From positions 124,001-188,000 of the IMG/VR virus record IMGVR_UViG_3300049048_000052: 64,000 nucleotides of DNA; one strand, written 5' to 3'. Under the pieces are notes generated by a model. The model ran no database searches, was not told where the DNA came from, and worked only from the letters and a program-made list of their open reading frames with translations. The position numbers and the translations under genes were made by a program. This document shows, in pieces, positions 8,311-15,756 of this stretch. Position 1 is the stretch's first letter. Each line of letters opens with the position of its first letter.

Positions 8311-8535
8311 GTCAGTTTACCTGTCCTGACGTTGTGAAAAGATAGGTGTAGGTCATAGGCCTAACTAGCAAGAATTGAGTTCGAATCTCAACAGGTCCAT
8401 TTCGAGGGCCTGACTTGGTAATCGATTGTTAGCATGAGGAACTATGACTGAAGGTGTGTACAACCAAAGTACAGAACAACAAGTGCAACCAATAACATTG
8501 TACCCTTCTCAAGGGTAAGTTCTATAGTAGTGTAA
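8311..8535 (+). ncRNA. ssrA: tmRNA, circularly permuted (two-piece): acceptor piece about 8311-8399, coding piece from 8406; tag ORF 8485-8535 ATNNIVPFSRVSSIVV*
   Basis: T arm TTGAG-TTCGAAT-CTCAA and CAGGTCC-A lie upstream of the 5' strand GGGCCTG (G3:U70); P2 helices GTCATAG/CTATGAC and CTAGCAA/TTGTTAG; pseudoknots at 8311-8347 and about 8453-8473; cyanobacterial-type NNIVPF tag. Confidence 0.9.
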
Positions 8536-8540
8536 TCTAC

Positions 8541-9305
8541 TCAGGCGTTTAGTATACTAAACGCCTGCTCTTTTTTACGCATACAGTAGGGACCACCTAA
8601 GTTATATAACCTAAATATAAAAGTCTTAAGGATTTTACCTTGAAAGGAGAAACCGTACTGATTATTCCAGTTGGGATTCTTACTTTGCAAGTCCCTCATA
8701 TGTACATTAAGGGATATATCTAGTAGTTTGTTGAGCCTAGAGGCTAGAGTATACATAAAAGACTTTGAGCATCCATAGGCTGTAAGTCTACGGGAGGACC
8801 AACACCCGTCAGAGTCTAGATATCCTCTAATGAAATCTAACTCGTAGACGCTGTCTATAAGAGGCTCAGGGTAAATCATAGTCTTGGACTTATTACTTTC
8901 TAACTTTAGGATAGTAGTTAGATCTCTATGTAGACTAGTGGAACATATAGCGAGCTGAAGACAGTTAGAAGCTATATTCCTTATTTTATAATCGGTATTG
9001 AGGTTAGATTGTATCTGTTCTAGAATATCCCTGTCCGAGGTAGTAAATACTATCTGACATCCATTTCTATGTAAGTGACCATCCCCATACAATACACCTA
9101 ACATCCAAGCTTTAAAGGTGTCCATAGGGAACAATTTATAGTTCTTAAGCTTAGATAATGGCTTATAGGACATTGCCCCGGAGCTCTGCAGGACTTTGTA
9201 TATACAATAAGAGGATAGCCCTAATTTAGAACTAATATTTGTAACAGACTGACCCTCCTTATACATAGTTATAATAGGCGTTGGGTTAATATGAGTAGAT
9301 TTCAT
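8541..9305 (-). CDS. double-motif LAGLIDADG homing endonuclease with N-terminal HTH
   Basis: AWMLGVLYGDGHL and DFIRGYLDSDGCW motifs. Confidence 0.9.
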   Translation of the reverse strand: MKSTHINPTPIITMYKEGQSVTNISSKLGLSSYCIYKVLQSSGAMSYKPLSKLKNYKLFPMDTFKAWMLGVLYGDGHLHRNGCQIVFTTSDRDILEQIQSNLNTDYKIRNIASNCLQLAICSTSLHRDLTTILKLESNKSKTMIYPEPLIDSVYELDFIRGYLDSDGCWSSRRLTAYGCSKSFMYTLASRLNKLLDISLNVHMRDLQSKNPNWNNQYGFSFQGKILKTFIFRLYNLGGPYCMRKKEQAFSILNA

Positions 9306-9369
9306 AAAATTTGTATTGACTACATGCTTATATTACTAAAGTAATATAGGAAAGAGTGGGTTAATGTTC

Positions 9370-9405
9370 GTACCCTTTGCACGCACCCGCGTAGCAGTAG
9401 GTTAA
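9370..9405 (+). other. displaced 3' half of the tmRNA tag reading frame (VPFARTRVAVG*)
   Basis: GTACCCTT direct repeat with 8500-8507; translates as a cyanobacterial-style tag C-terminus. Confidence 0.75.
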
Positions 9406-9409
9406 TTTA

Positions 9410-9436
9410 GAGAGGGCTCCTTGGGGGGGCCCTTTC
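9410..9436 (+). terminator. GC-rich stem-loop terminator
   Basis: GAGAGGGCTCC-TTGGG-GGGGCCCTTTC. Confidence 0.6.
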
Positions 9437-9451
9437 ACATTAGGAGGGTGT

Positions 9452-9706
9452 ATGGACTCTGATCTCTTAGAGAAGTGGATACTACAATTCTTGGCAGAGC
9501 ACAAAGGGAATCCTAGACTAGTAACCCAAATACTACACGGTGTAAGGATGGATAGTCTAGGTGCGGACTACATTCAAGTAGGTAAGGCTTTACGTACTTT
9601 AAAGGTAAAGGGTCTTATCAAAGTACATAAGATGTATCTAGGTCAGCATTCAAAGAGGTGGCGGCCCTGCTATGAGTTAGAGGAGGTATTCTTAAATGAA
9701 TATTGA
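9452..9706 (+). CDS. hypothetical protein, possible winged-helix
   Basis: GGAGG SD; ILQFL...VGKALRTLKVKGLI pattern. Confidence 0.55.
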   Translation: MDSDLLEKWILQFLAEHKGNPRLVTQILHGVRMDSLGADYIQVGKALRTLKVKGLIKVHKMYLGQHSKRWRPCYELEEVFLNEY

Positions 9707-9911
9707 TACATGTTCCTATGTATTAAATATTGTTGATAGAATATGTCACAGGATACTGTTATACTTATTGGCAACAGCTATAATACATCTATTACTAGAG
9801 CGCTTGGGTATAGGCGCATGGTTAATAGAGGCCGCAGTATTGGCTACCTATAGTATAATAGCTGTGCTTGATATAAACCTTTGTATCCGTATCCAAAAGA
9901 AAGATGAATAA
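9696..9911 (+). CDS. small membrane protein
   Basis: two hydrophobic segments; overlaps neighbours. Confidence 0.5.
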   Translation: MNIDTCSYVLNIVDRICHRILLYLLATAIIHLLLERLGIGAWLIEAAVLATYSIIAVLDINLCIRIQKKDE

Positions 9912-10122
9912 TCTAGATGAGATCGAGCAGGTGTTGGCTTACTTTGGGTTCGTAGAGAAGCTATTCGTAGGAGTACTACTCTCCTTGTTAGCTGTTATCT
10001 TAATTAGATCCTGTACTATACCGTGGTTAGATGTAACCATAGCTATATTAGGAGGGCTGGTTATACCAGTTGCTACCTTATGGTATATAGACAGTTGTAG
10101 TAGTAAATGGAGAGACTGGTAA
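9904..10122 (+). CDS. small membrane protein
   Basis: two hydrophobic segments. Confidence 0.5.
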   Translation: MNNLDEIEQVLAYFGFVEKLFVGVLLSLLAVILIRSCTIPWLDVTIAILGGLVIPVATLWYIDSCSSKWRDW

Positions 10123-10128
10123 ATACCT

Positions 10129-10200
10129 GCCACCTAGGCCAAATGGTGCGGCGGTGAGTTCATACCTCACTTATAGTAAGTTCGATTCTTACAGGTGGTA
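10129..10200 (+). tRNA. tRNA with CAU anticodon (Met or Ile2)
   Basis: Acceptor GCCACCT/AGGTGGT+A; anticodon arm GTGAG-TTCATAC-CTCAC; T arm GTAAG-TTCGATT-CTTAC. Confidence 0.85.
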
Positions 10201-10220
10201 TTGTCGAGTTAAAGGAATAT

Positions 10221-10640
10221 ATGAGTCTTAGTCAGCAAGTAAAAGATTTCTTAAGTGTGGCCCCAGCTAGCTGGATTCCTCCAAGGAAACTTATCACTAC
10301 TAAGTTGAGAGAGCCTATCAAGGGATGTCCTCAACTGAATGTTTACCCCCTGAACCAAGTACTAGAAATTAGCATGGATGGGGCACCCTTCTATCAACCC
10401 AATACTATATGTAGACTAACGGATTCAGATTTCCAGTTCACTATGGTCTACGTTCCAGGAAGGGGTCCCATAGAAGTCTATGTGATTAAAGATCAGAGTA
10501 CTGCCTATGTGTTTGAGGATCAGGTAGAGGCCTTTGCATTCCTCTACACTATTAAGCCCTACGAGCTAACTCAACTGGACGGAGATCCAACCTATGAGTG
10601 GGCACAGTTCAGATCTCACCTAGCCCCAGTACCCGCTTGA
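10221..10640 (+). CDS. hypothetical protein
   Basis: 139-aa ORF with AAGGA SD. Confidence 0.65.
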   Translation: MSLSQQVKDFLSVAPASWIPPRKLITTKLREPIKGCPQLNVYPLNQVLEISMDGAPFYQPNTICRLTDSDFQFTMVYVPGRGPIEVYVIKDQSTAYVFEDQVEAFAFLYTIKPYELTQLDGDPTYEWAQFRSHLAPVPA

Positions 10641-10648
10641 TATAATTA

Positions 10649-10672
10649 TGACTACAGTATATACTGTAGTCA
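10649..10672. repeat. perfect 24-bp palindrome
   Basis: TGACTACAGTAT-ATACTGTAGTCA immediately 5' of tRNA-Thr. Confidence 0.8.
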
Positions 10673-10675
10673 CTG

Positions 10676-10747
10676 GCACCCTACCCCTATATGGTGAGGG
10701 ACCTGCCTTGTAAGCAGGACAACACAGTTCGAGTCTGTGAGGGTGCT
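10676..10747 (+). tRNA. tRNA-Thr(UGU)
   Basis: Acceptor GCACCCT/AGGGTGC+T; anticodon arm CCTGC-CTTGTAA-GCAGG; T arm CACAG-TTCGAGT-CTGTG. Confidence 0.9.
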
Positions 10748-10750
10748 TTT

Positions 10751-10919
10751 ATATGTGCCTATCTTATTCAGTCGGCATATGTAACTATATAAATATCTCC
10801 ATCAAACTGATAGAGTCATAGAGCCTATATGGTCTCTGACTAAGAGCTGATACGGATGGAATATTGGGGGATAGGTACTCCCGATGAGGGCCCCAGCTCT
10901 CAACACAAATATCAGCTCT
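10751..10919 (+). ncRNA. unassigned structured RNA candidate
   Basis: ORF-free; several complementary segments (ATATGTGCC/GGCATATGT, TCCATC/GATGGA, AGTCA/TGACT, AGAGCTGATA/TATCAGCTCT, TGGGG/CCCCA). Confidence 0.45.
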
Positions 10920-10922
10920 CCT

Positions 10923-10991
10923 AGCAACTAACTGGCTTATGCTAACCCTTAATCAGGTAATCATATATTGGTTCAACTCCAATAGTTGCTT
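10923..10991 (+). ncRNA. tRNA-like RNA / pseudo-tRNA
   Basis: Acceptor AGCAACT/AGTTGCT and T arm ATTGG-TTCAACT-CCAAT intact; D and anticodon arms degenerate. Confidence 0.55.
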
Positions 10992-11061
10992 TTCCCAGTC
11001 GCATAACTTGCGTTCCCAACTGGGATTCTTAGCAATGGTTGGCTTAGTCCAATCATTTCTT

Positions 11062-11134
11062 GAGGCTGTCGTCTAAAATGGTAGGACTCCCCAAGTTAGT
11101 GGGGCAGATGTAGGTTCAAATCCTACCGGCTTCA
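11062..11134 (+). tRNA. tRNA-like RNA with 6-nt anticodon loop (undetermined isotype)
   Basis: Acceptor GAGGCTG/CGGCTTC+A (G3:U70); D stem GTCT/GGAC; CCCCA-AGTTAG-TGGGG; T arm GTAGG-TTCAAAT-CCTAC. Confidence 0.7.
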
Positions 11135-11139
11135 TTTAT

Positions 11140-11211
11140 GCAGTGTTGGTCTAATGGATAAGACGTCTCCAAACTAAGGAGTTAATGTAGGTTCGATTCC
11201 TGCTAACTGCG
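11140..11211 (+). tRNA. tRNA-like RNA, loop AAACTAA (nominal ACT, no U33)
   Basis: D stem GTCT/AGAC; CTCC-AAACTAA-GGAG; T arm GTAGG-TTCGATT-CCTGC; 5-bp acceptor GCAGT/ACTGC. Confidence 0.6.
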
Positions 11212-11316
11212 TTTGTGATTTATACAACTTAATATAGTGACCATAATCACCCCACATTACACAAAGCATATCCTCTTAATATTCAGTATTAACTACTGTA
11301 GGTATTAGAGGATATT

Positions 11317-11598
11317 ATGAGTAAGTGGGAATGTCCCCAACAATGCCCCTATCAGGCAGATGATTCTAAGTGGCCCCATATCCGACTCTTCCTCTTAACT
11401 GTGGTTGCGGTCGGCATCCTCTGGGGAACAAAGATATATAAGCAGCAGGACATAGAACCAGCTGATTGGGGTATAGGCTTAACGGCCCTAGTCCTAGCAT
11501 CTAATCACCCTGAGACCCTACACAAGATAACTACTAAGGCAGCTAATAAGTTATTGGACTTAAACCCTGCGGAGGAAGATGAAAGTGAGGGAAGATAA
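11317..11598 (+). CDS. small membrane protein
   Basis: two hydrophobic segments, acidic tail, AGAGG SD. Confidence 0.6.
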   Translation: MSKWECPQQCPYQADDSKWPHIRLFLLTVVAVGILWGTKIYKQQDIEPADWGIGLTALVLASNHPETLHKITTKAANKLLDLNPAEEDESEGR

Positions 11599-12155
11599 TG
11601 ACAAGTACAACGTCCTTAAGCCGCTTCCTAGAGTGGCTTAAGAGTCTGTTCTATAAGAAATCTAAGGGTGAAAAGAGCCATGTCAGGATTATTGAAGAAA
11701 TTAAGAGTCCTATATCCAGGACTATTCGGATTAACAGGGATTACCCAGGGGCAGTTGATACCTGGAAGTCCATACCAATGTATGAGTCAGCCTATGACTT
11801 TTATTGCCTCGTTGATAGAACGAAGCGGGAGGAAATGGGCCGAGATAACCTGTTCTTGCGAGCAGGCAATACCACTATACGAGTTAGAGCTGATCCAAGG
11901 AGTGGACTGGGAGGGGATATTAACTCTTCACATAGAATCACAATCGTTGGAGTCTCAAGACTACCAATAGGTAAAGGTCAGTATCAAACTGAGGTCCTAT
12001 ATGTAGGCCTATTTAATCTAGTTAAGTCCTTCAATTCATATGATAGTGTAGCTAAGGTCTTAGCTCATCGTATAGCTAAAAAGATGAGTGTTGTTATAGT
12101 TGATAATATGGATTGGTGTACATTTATAAATGATGAGAAGAATAGGTTGATATAA
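11598..12155 (+). CDS. hypothetical protein
   Basis: 185 aa, coupled to the previous stop (TAATG). Confidence 0.6.
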   Translation: MTSTTSLSRFLEWLKSLFYKKSKGEKSHVRIIEEIKSPISRTIRINRDYPGAVDTWKSIPMYESAYDFYCLVDRTKREEMGRDNLFLRAGNTTIRVRADPRSGLGGDINSSHRITIVGVSRLPIGKGQYQTEVLYVGLFNLVKSFNSYDSVAKVLAHRIAKKMSVVIVDNMDWCTFINDEKNRLI

Positions 12156-12221
12156 TGATTCTCTATTAGTTACTTTAGGACCTCAGGGTGATTACCTTGG
12201 GGTCTTATCTTTAGGAGGGAT

Positions 12222-12365
12222 ATGTCTAGGAGTGATCCTTTACCTGTTACTTGTCAGACCTGTAAGGGCCATGGTAAGTTGTTTGATAGGAGACCAGGTC
12301 GTGGGGATGGCAAGAAGTGCTATGAGTGTGATGGCAGTGGTTTCTCAGTGCAGTCTAATGATTAA
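12222..12365 (+). CDS. 47-aa DnaJ-type zinc-finger miniprotein (not in ORF track)
   Basis: AGGAGG SD; CQTCKGHG...CYECDGSG. Confidence 0.65.
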   Translation: MSRSDPLPVTCQTCKGHGKLFDRRPGRGDGKKCYECDGSGFSVQSND

Positions 12366-12382
12366 AGGGTGTGATGTAAGTT

Positions 12383-12592
12383 ATGTCTAGAGGTGGTGGT
12401 TGGGCAGTCTGTCATGTATGTAATGGTACTGGCGTATTGCTAGATAGAGAGGACGAGGTCATCGACTGTAAGACCTGTAACAATAGCGGTTTAGAAGAAG
12501 TAGATAATGACTTTACTAAGGTTAAAGACCTATGGAAGTTATTAGTAGGTCAAACACTAGTAGAGAGGATGAGTGCTAATGTCGGGGCCTAA
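12383..12592 (+). CDS. DnaJ-type zinc-finger miniprotein
   Basis: CHVCNGTG...CKTCNNSG. Confidence 0.65.
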   Translation: MSRGGGWAVCHVCNGTGVLLDREDEVIDCKTCNNSGLEEVDNDFTKVKDLWKLLVGQTLVERMSANVGA

Positions 12593-12838
12593 GGAGGAAA
12601 AGGATGATGCGGTTGTGTTGAGTATGGGGGATGTCACCTTTGTTCTCTTTAAGAATGCTAATGGAGAGGTAGTTGCCCTTCCAGTAGATGAGGATGATGA
12701 AGATGACATGCCCTTTGGGATTCAGATGCCCCAATGAACCTTGTAACGAATGGACCGACTGTGACTATAAGGATAGATTAATATATCTACCTGAGAAGCA
12801 TGAGGACCCTAATGATTGGCAGGATGCCAGTTAAGCCT

Positions 12839-12918
12839 CCCCGCTACGTCCTAAGGTAGGACACCTGCCTTCTAAGCAGGCGCCTTGAGCATAACAGGTT
12901 CGATTCCTGTAGCGGGGG
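12839..12918 (+). tRNA. tRNA with UCU (Arg) anticodon and 13-nt variable arm
   Basis: Acceptor CCCCGCT/AGCGGGG+G; D stem GTCC/GGAC; CCTGC-CTTCTAA-GCAGG; variable CGCCTTGAGCATA; T arm ACAGG-TTCGATT-CCTGT. Confidence 0.85.
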
Positions 12919-13943
12919 TTAATACATTTGGAGAAGAGTATGTCGGAAGTCTGGTTGGCTATAGGTATTACTATGTGGTTATGTGTAGGTATAGGAGCTA
13001 TGTTCCTTAACCTCTTTAAGATTAGTATAAAAGAGTTTATGGGAGTGAAGACTGATGCGGTCCATCTTACGTTAATGTCTTTATCTATCATTGCTCTGGG
13101 CCCAATAGGTCTAGCCATTGTTATTTGGGGGTAATATGAAGGATCCAAAACAGAATCCTGGTCAGGCCGCTGCTGCGGTCGCTATTGTTGTAGGCTTGAT
13201 TGCAGGGGGCGCAGTTATAAGGGACGAGATCGTTAGGAACGTCAATACTCAGGAGCAAAAGCATGACCGATAAGAAAGAAGAGAAGGATACTGGTAAAGG
13301 TTCAAGTAATAAACCGATAACTAAGGAAAGCGATAAACCAAACGGCGGATCACAATATATCGGCGGTATACCTGGCCTGGGGGATAAATGAAGTTAGTGT
13401 CTATTTGTCTAGGGTTCCTAGCAGTAGTTACGGGACTGTGTTTTATATCTATTCAATCCAACCTACCCTGCGATTCGTGGGTGATGGGGATGGCTATGAC
13501 TTACCTATTATCATTGGGAGGTATATCCTTCCTCTTATACACTGTTTGATTAATGAAGGGGCCTCAATTAAGGGGCCCATAAAAGGAGAAAGATGATTGG
13601 AACAATGTGGAGAAATAGAGTCAGTGGTATACCCCATTGGGTGGTAGGTCATATGATTATAAATCCTATAAGATTAGATACCCACACTAATACTCACGGT
13701 ACGTGGATCATATTAGAACATAGGGCAAGTGGACCTAAGGAACTATATGTTTCTGAGCATGAGCTATCTGAGCTCTATAATATGGAAGGCAATATATGAT
13801 AATGGAATTCTGGATGCAGCCTGTTATACAGGAGTTTGCTACTGTAATATTGCTTTCTATCGTGGCCCCTATATTGATATCATTGCTATTCTATTGGTTG
13901 TATAAGGATTAATTGATTGGTTACTTAGTAAGGAATCAATATA

Positions 13944-14273
13944 ATGGCAGTTATCCAATTAGATAATGGTATTCACTTTGAGGGTACCAATGAGGCTGTG
14001 CTAATGGTTGCAGAGGCAGTTAAGCCAGTTAAGCCTTTAGCCACTGACCTGAAGAAGCATGAGGATTATGTACACATGTCCCATGGCGGCCCTATTAAAG
14101 TCGGTGCTATGTCTAAGCAACATATGGCTAACCTTATAAAGAAGGACATAGAGACCTTGGTTAAGTTCTCTAGTCTTAGAGATCTGTGCGATATAGCAGA
14201 GCTATTAGGCGGACGTCTTGATAGAAGGGCTATAGAGTCTATCATTAAGGTAGCTAGGGCTCGTAATTATTGA
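13944..14273 (+). CDS. hypothetical protein (paralog of next gene)
   Basis: GIHFEGTNEAV...M..QHMANLI shared pattern. Confidence 0.65.
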   Translation: MAVIQLDNGIHFEGTNEAVLMVAEAVKPVKPLATDLKKHEDYVHMSHGGPIKVGAMSKQHMANLIKKDIETLVKFSSLRDLCDIAELLGGRLDRRAIESIIKVARARNY

Positions 14274-14305
14274 TTGATATATATATATATAAATAGGAAG
14301 TACTT

Positions 14306-14611
14306 ATGAAGGTTACTGTAAAAGGTGTAACGATTGAGGGTAGTGAGGATCAAGTAGCGGCAGTCCTTAGGGCTATGGGTGAGGGAGATGGTGAGTTGTT
14401 CTATAACTCTACTAGCAAAGGTCTAATACTCATTGCTAGTATGAATGCGGTTCACCTTAGGAATGCACTTATGGTTGAGTATGAGAAGTGGTTAGCCAGC
14501 CTAAAAGCTTTGGATGTTAACAAACTAATTGCTGCTATTGAGGAAGGTCCTACGGATAATAAAACTCTCATGGCCCTATACAAAGAACTAAAGGGTAGAC
14601 CTGCTCATTAA
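14306..14611 (+). CDS. hypothetical protein
   Basis: GVTIEGSEDQV...MNAVHLRNAL. Confidence 0.7.
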   Translation: MKVTVKGVTIEGSEDQVAAVLRAMGEGDGELFYNSTSKGLILIASMNAVHLRNALMVEYEKWLASLKALDVNKLIAAIEEGPTDNKTLMALYKELKGRPAH

Positions 14612-14674
14612 TATTATATATTGACTGATTACTTAATAGGTGACTAGGAGGCCAATGGCCCCTTTCTTATAACT

Positions 14675-15109
14675 ATGACTATTGAAATACAAGTACACAA
14701 TAGAGAGACTATTGTTAAGGCAGTAACAGAGTTGCCCAAGGGCAACCGTACGATGGTTATCAGTATAACCAATGAGCAAGACTGGCCTCGACTACCTCCT
14801 GTGAAGCTAGAGGAGTACGTTATGCTCAGCTTCTATGATAATGATGGGCCTGATAGTTGTACACCATGTATGACCAGGGGACAGGCTAAGAGAGTAGTAT
14901 CTACCTTTATGGCATGTAAGGATAAGCTAACCCATCTGCTAATCAATTGTGATGCTGGAATATCCCGAAGCGCAGGTATGGCAGAAGCTTTCTCGCTACT
15001 TGTGTATGGTAAGGACTATTACTATACATGTGATAGAATCCCCGCCCCTAATGCTTGGGTGAAGAGGCTGACATTGGAGGCCGGGGGTCTTGCTCATGGC
15101 TACCAGTGA
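14675..15109 (+). CDS. protein-tyrosine/dual-specificity phosphatase-like protein
   Basis: CX5R loop NCDAGISRSAG; ISIT, LSFYD and PN motifs. Confidence 0.8.
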   Translation: MTIEIQVHNRETIVKAVTELPKGNRTMVISITNEQDWPRLPPVKLEEYVMLSFYDNDGPDSCTPCMTRGQAKRVVSTFMACKDKLTHLLINCDAGISRSAGMAEAFSLLVYGKDYYYTCDRIPAPNAWVKRLTLEAGGLAHGYQ

Positions 15110-15368
15110 TGATAAGGAGAAGGCTGAGAGGCTTAAATATAGGAAGTCAGTCCTAGGACCTACTATTGTTAAGGCCCATGATGCTCTATCAACTATGAGT
15201 AAAGGGGAGAGAGCCGATCTAATAGAGGAGCTCAAGTTAGACCCATCTATATTCGATGTTAAAAAAGCGCCTAAGAAAGAGAAGGATGCACTGACCATAT
15301 GGGATTTCATATGGTTCAGTCTATGCCTTCTGTTTGGTATTAGGGTTGTCATAGTTCTTATGAGGTGA
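15090..15368 (+). CDS. hypothetical protein with C-terminal TM helix
   Basis: ORF track. Confidence 0.5.
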   Translation: MLMATSDDKEKAERLKYRKSVLGPTIVKAHDALSTMSKGERADLIEELKLDPSIFDVKKAPKKEKDALTIWDFIWFSLCLLFGIRVVIVLMR

Positions 15369-15371
15369 GGA

Positions 15372-15674
15372 ATGAATATCGCTTTGGCACTGACGCTGGT
15401 TAGTCAACCGGTATTATTAAGTCAGTTACCTAAATGTAATGATGCAGCAGGTAGCTACTCCTATGTTTCTATTCCGGCTATTAAGAGGTCTCAAGCACAG
15501 TCAGATATGGCCCAGGCTCTTAGAGACTCAGGAGGTGGTAGTCAAGCTACCTGTATTGGCGGTGATAATAGTACTAAGACTATTGGGTTTGCTCTAAATA
15601 GTAATCATGCTTTTAGAGAACTACCCCGTAAATTAAGAGCTATGGGATACTCACCTGGTATTCATTACCGGTAA
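15372..15674 (+). CDS. hypothetical, possibly exported protein
   Basis: hydrophobic N-terminus; GAGG SD. Confidence 0.55.
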   Translation: MNIALALTLVSQPVLLSQLPKCNDAAGSYSYVSIPAIKRSQAQSDMAQALRDSGGGSQATCIGGDNSTKTIGFALNSNHAFRELPRKLRAMGYSPGIHYR

Positions 15675-15683
15675 TTCCAACTT

Positions 15684-15718
15684 TATTGACTTTATTGATT
15701 GGTCCGCTTTTATTGATT
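15684..15718 (+). promoter_or_regulatory. tandem TATTGAYT motifs (recurrent upstream element)
   Basis: copies at 15684, 15693 and 15711; same motif upstream of many + strand genes. Confidence 0.55.
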
Positions 15719-15756
15719 GTGAAAACAAACACAAACAAAAAGGATCAATTTCTATC

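Noticed and set aside
8508-9369. Insertion in tmRNA as a group I intron
   Set aside because: Only about 35 and 65 nt flank the ORF and no P/Q/R/S core elements are present
10807-10843. Hammerhead ribozyme (CTGATAGA...stem...TAA)
   Set aside because: The core does not match CUGANGA/GAAA
11062-11134. Ochre suppressor (TTA) or Asn (GTT) tRNA, implying stop-codon recoding
   Set aside because: The loop is 6 nt without U33; TAA, TAG and TGA all end recognisable genes at expected positions
15684-15718. CRISPR array or iterons
   Set aside because: Repeats are 8 bp without unique spacers; no CRISPR array or cas gene seen in the window
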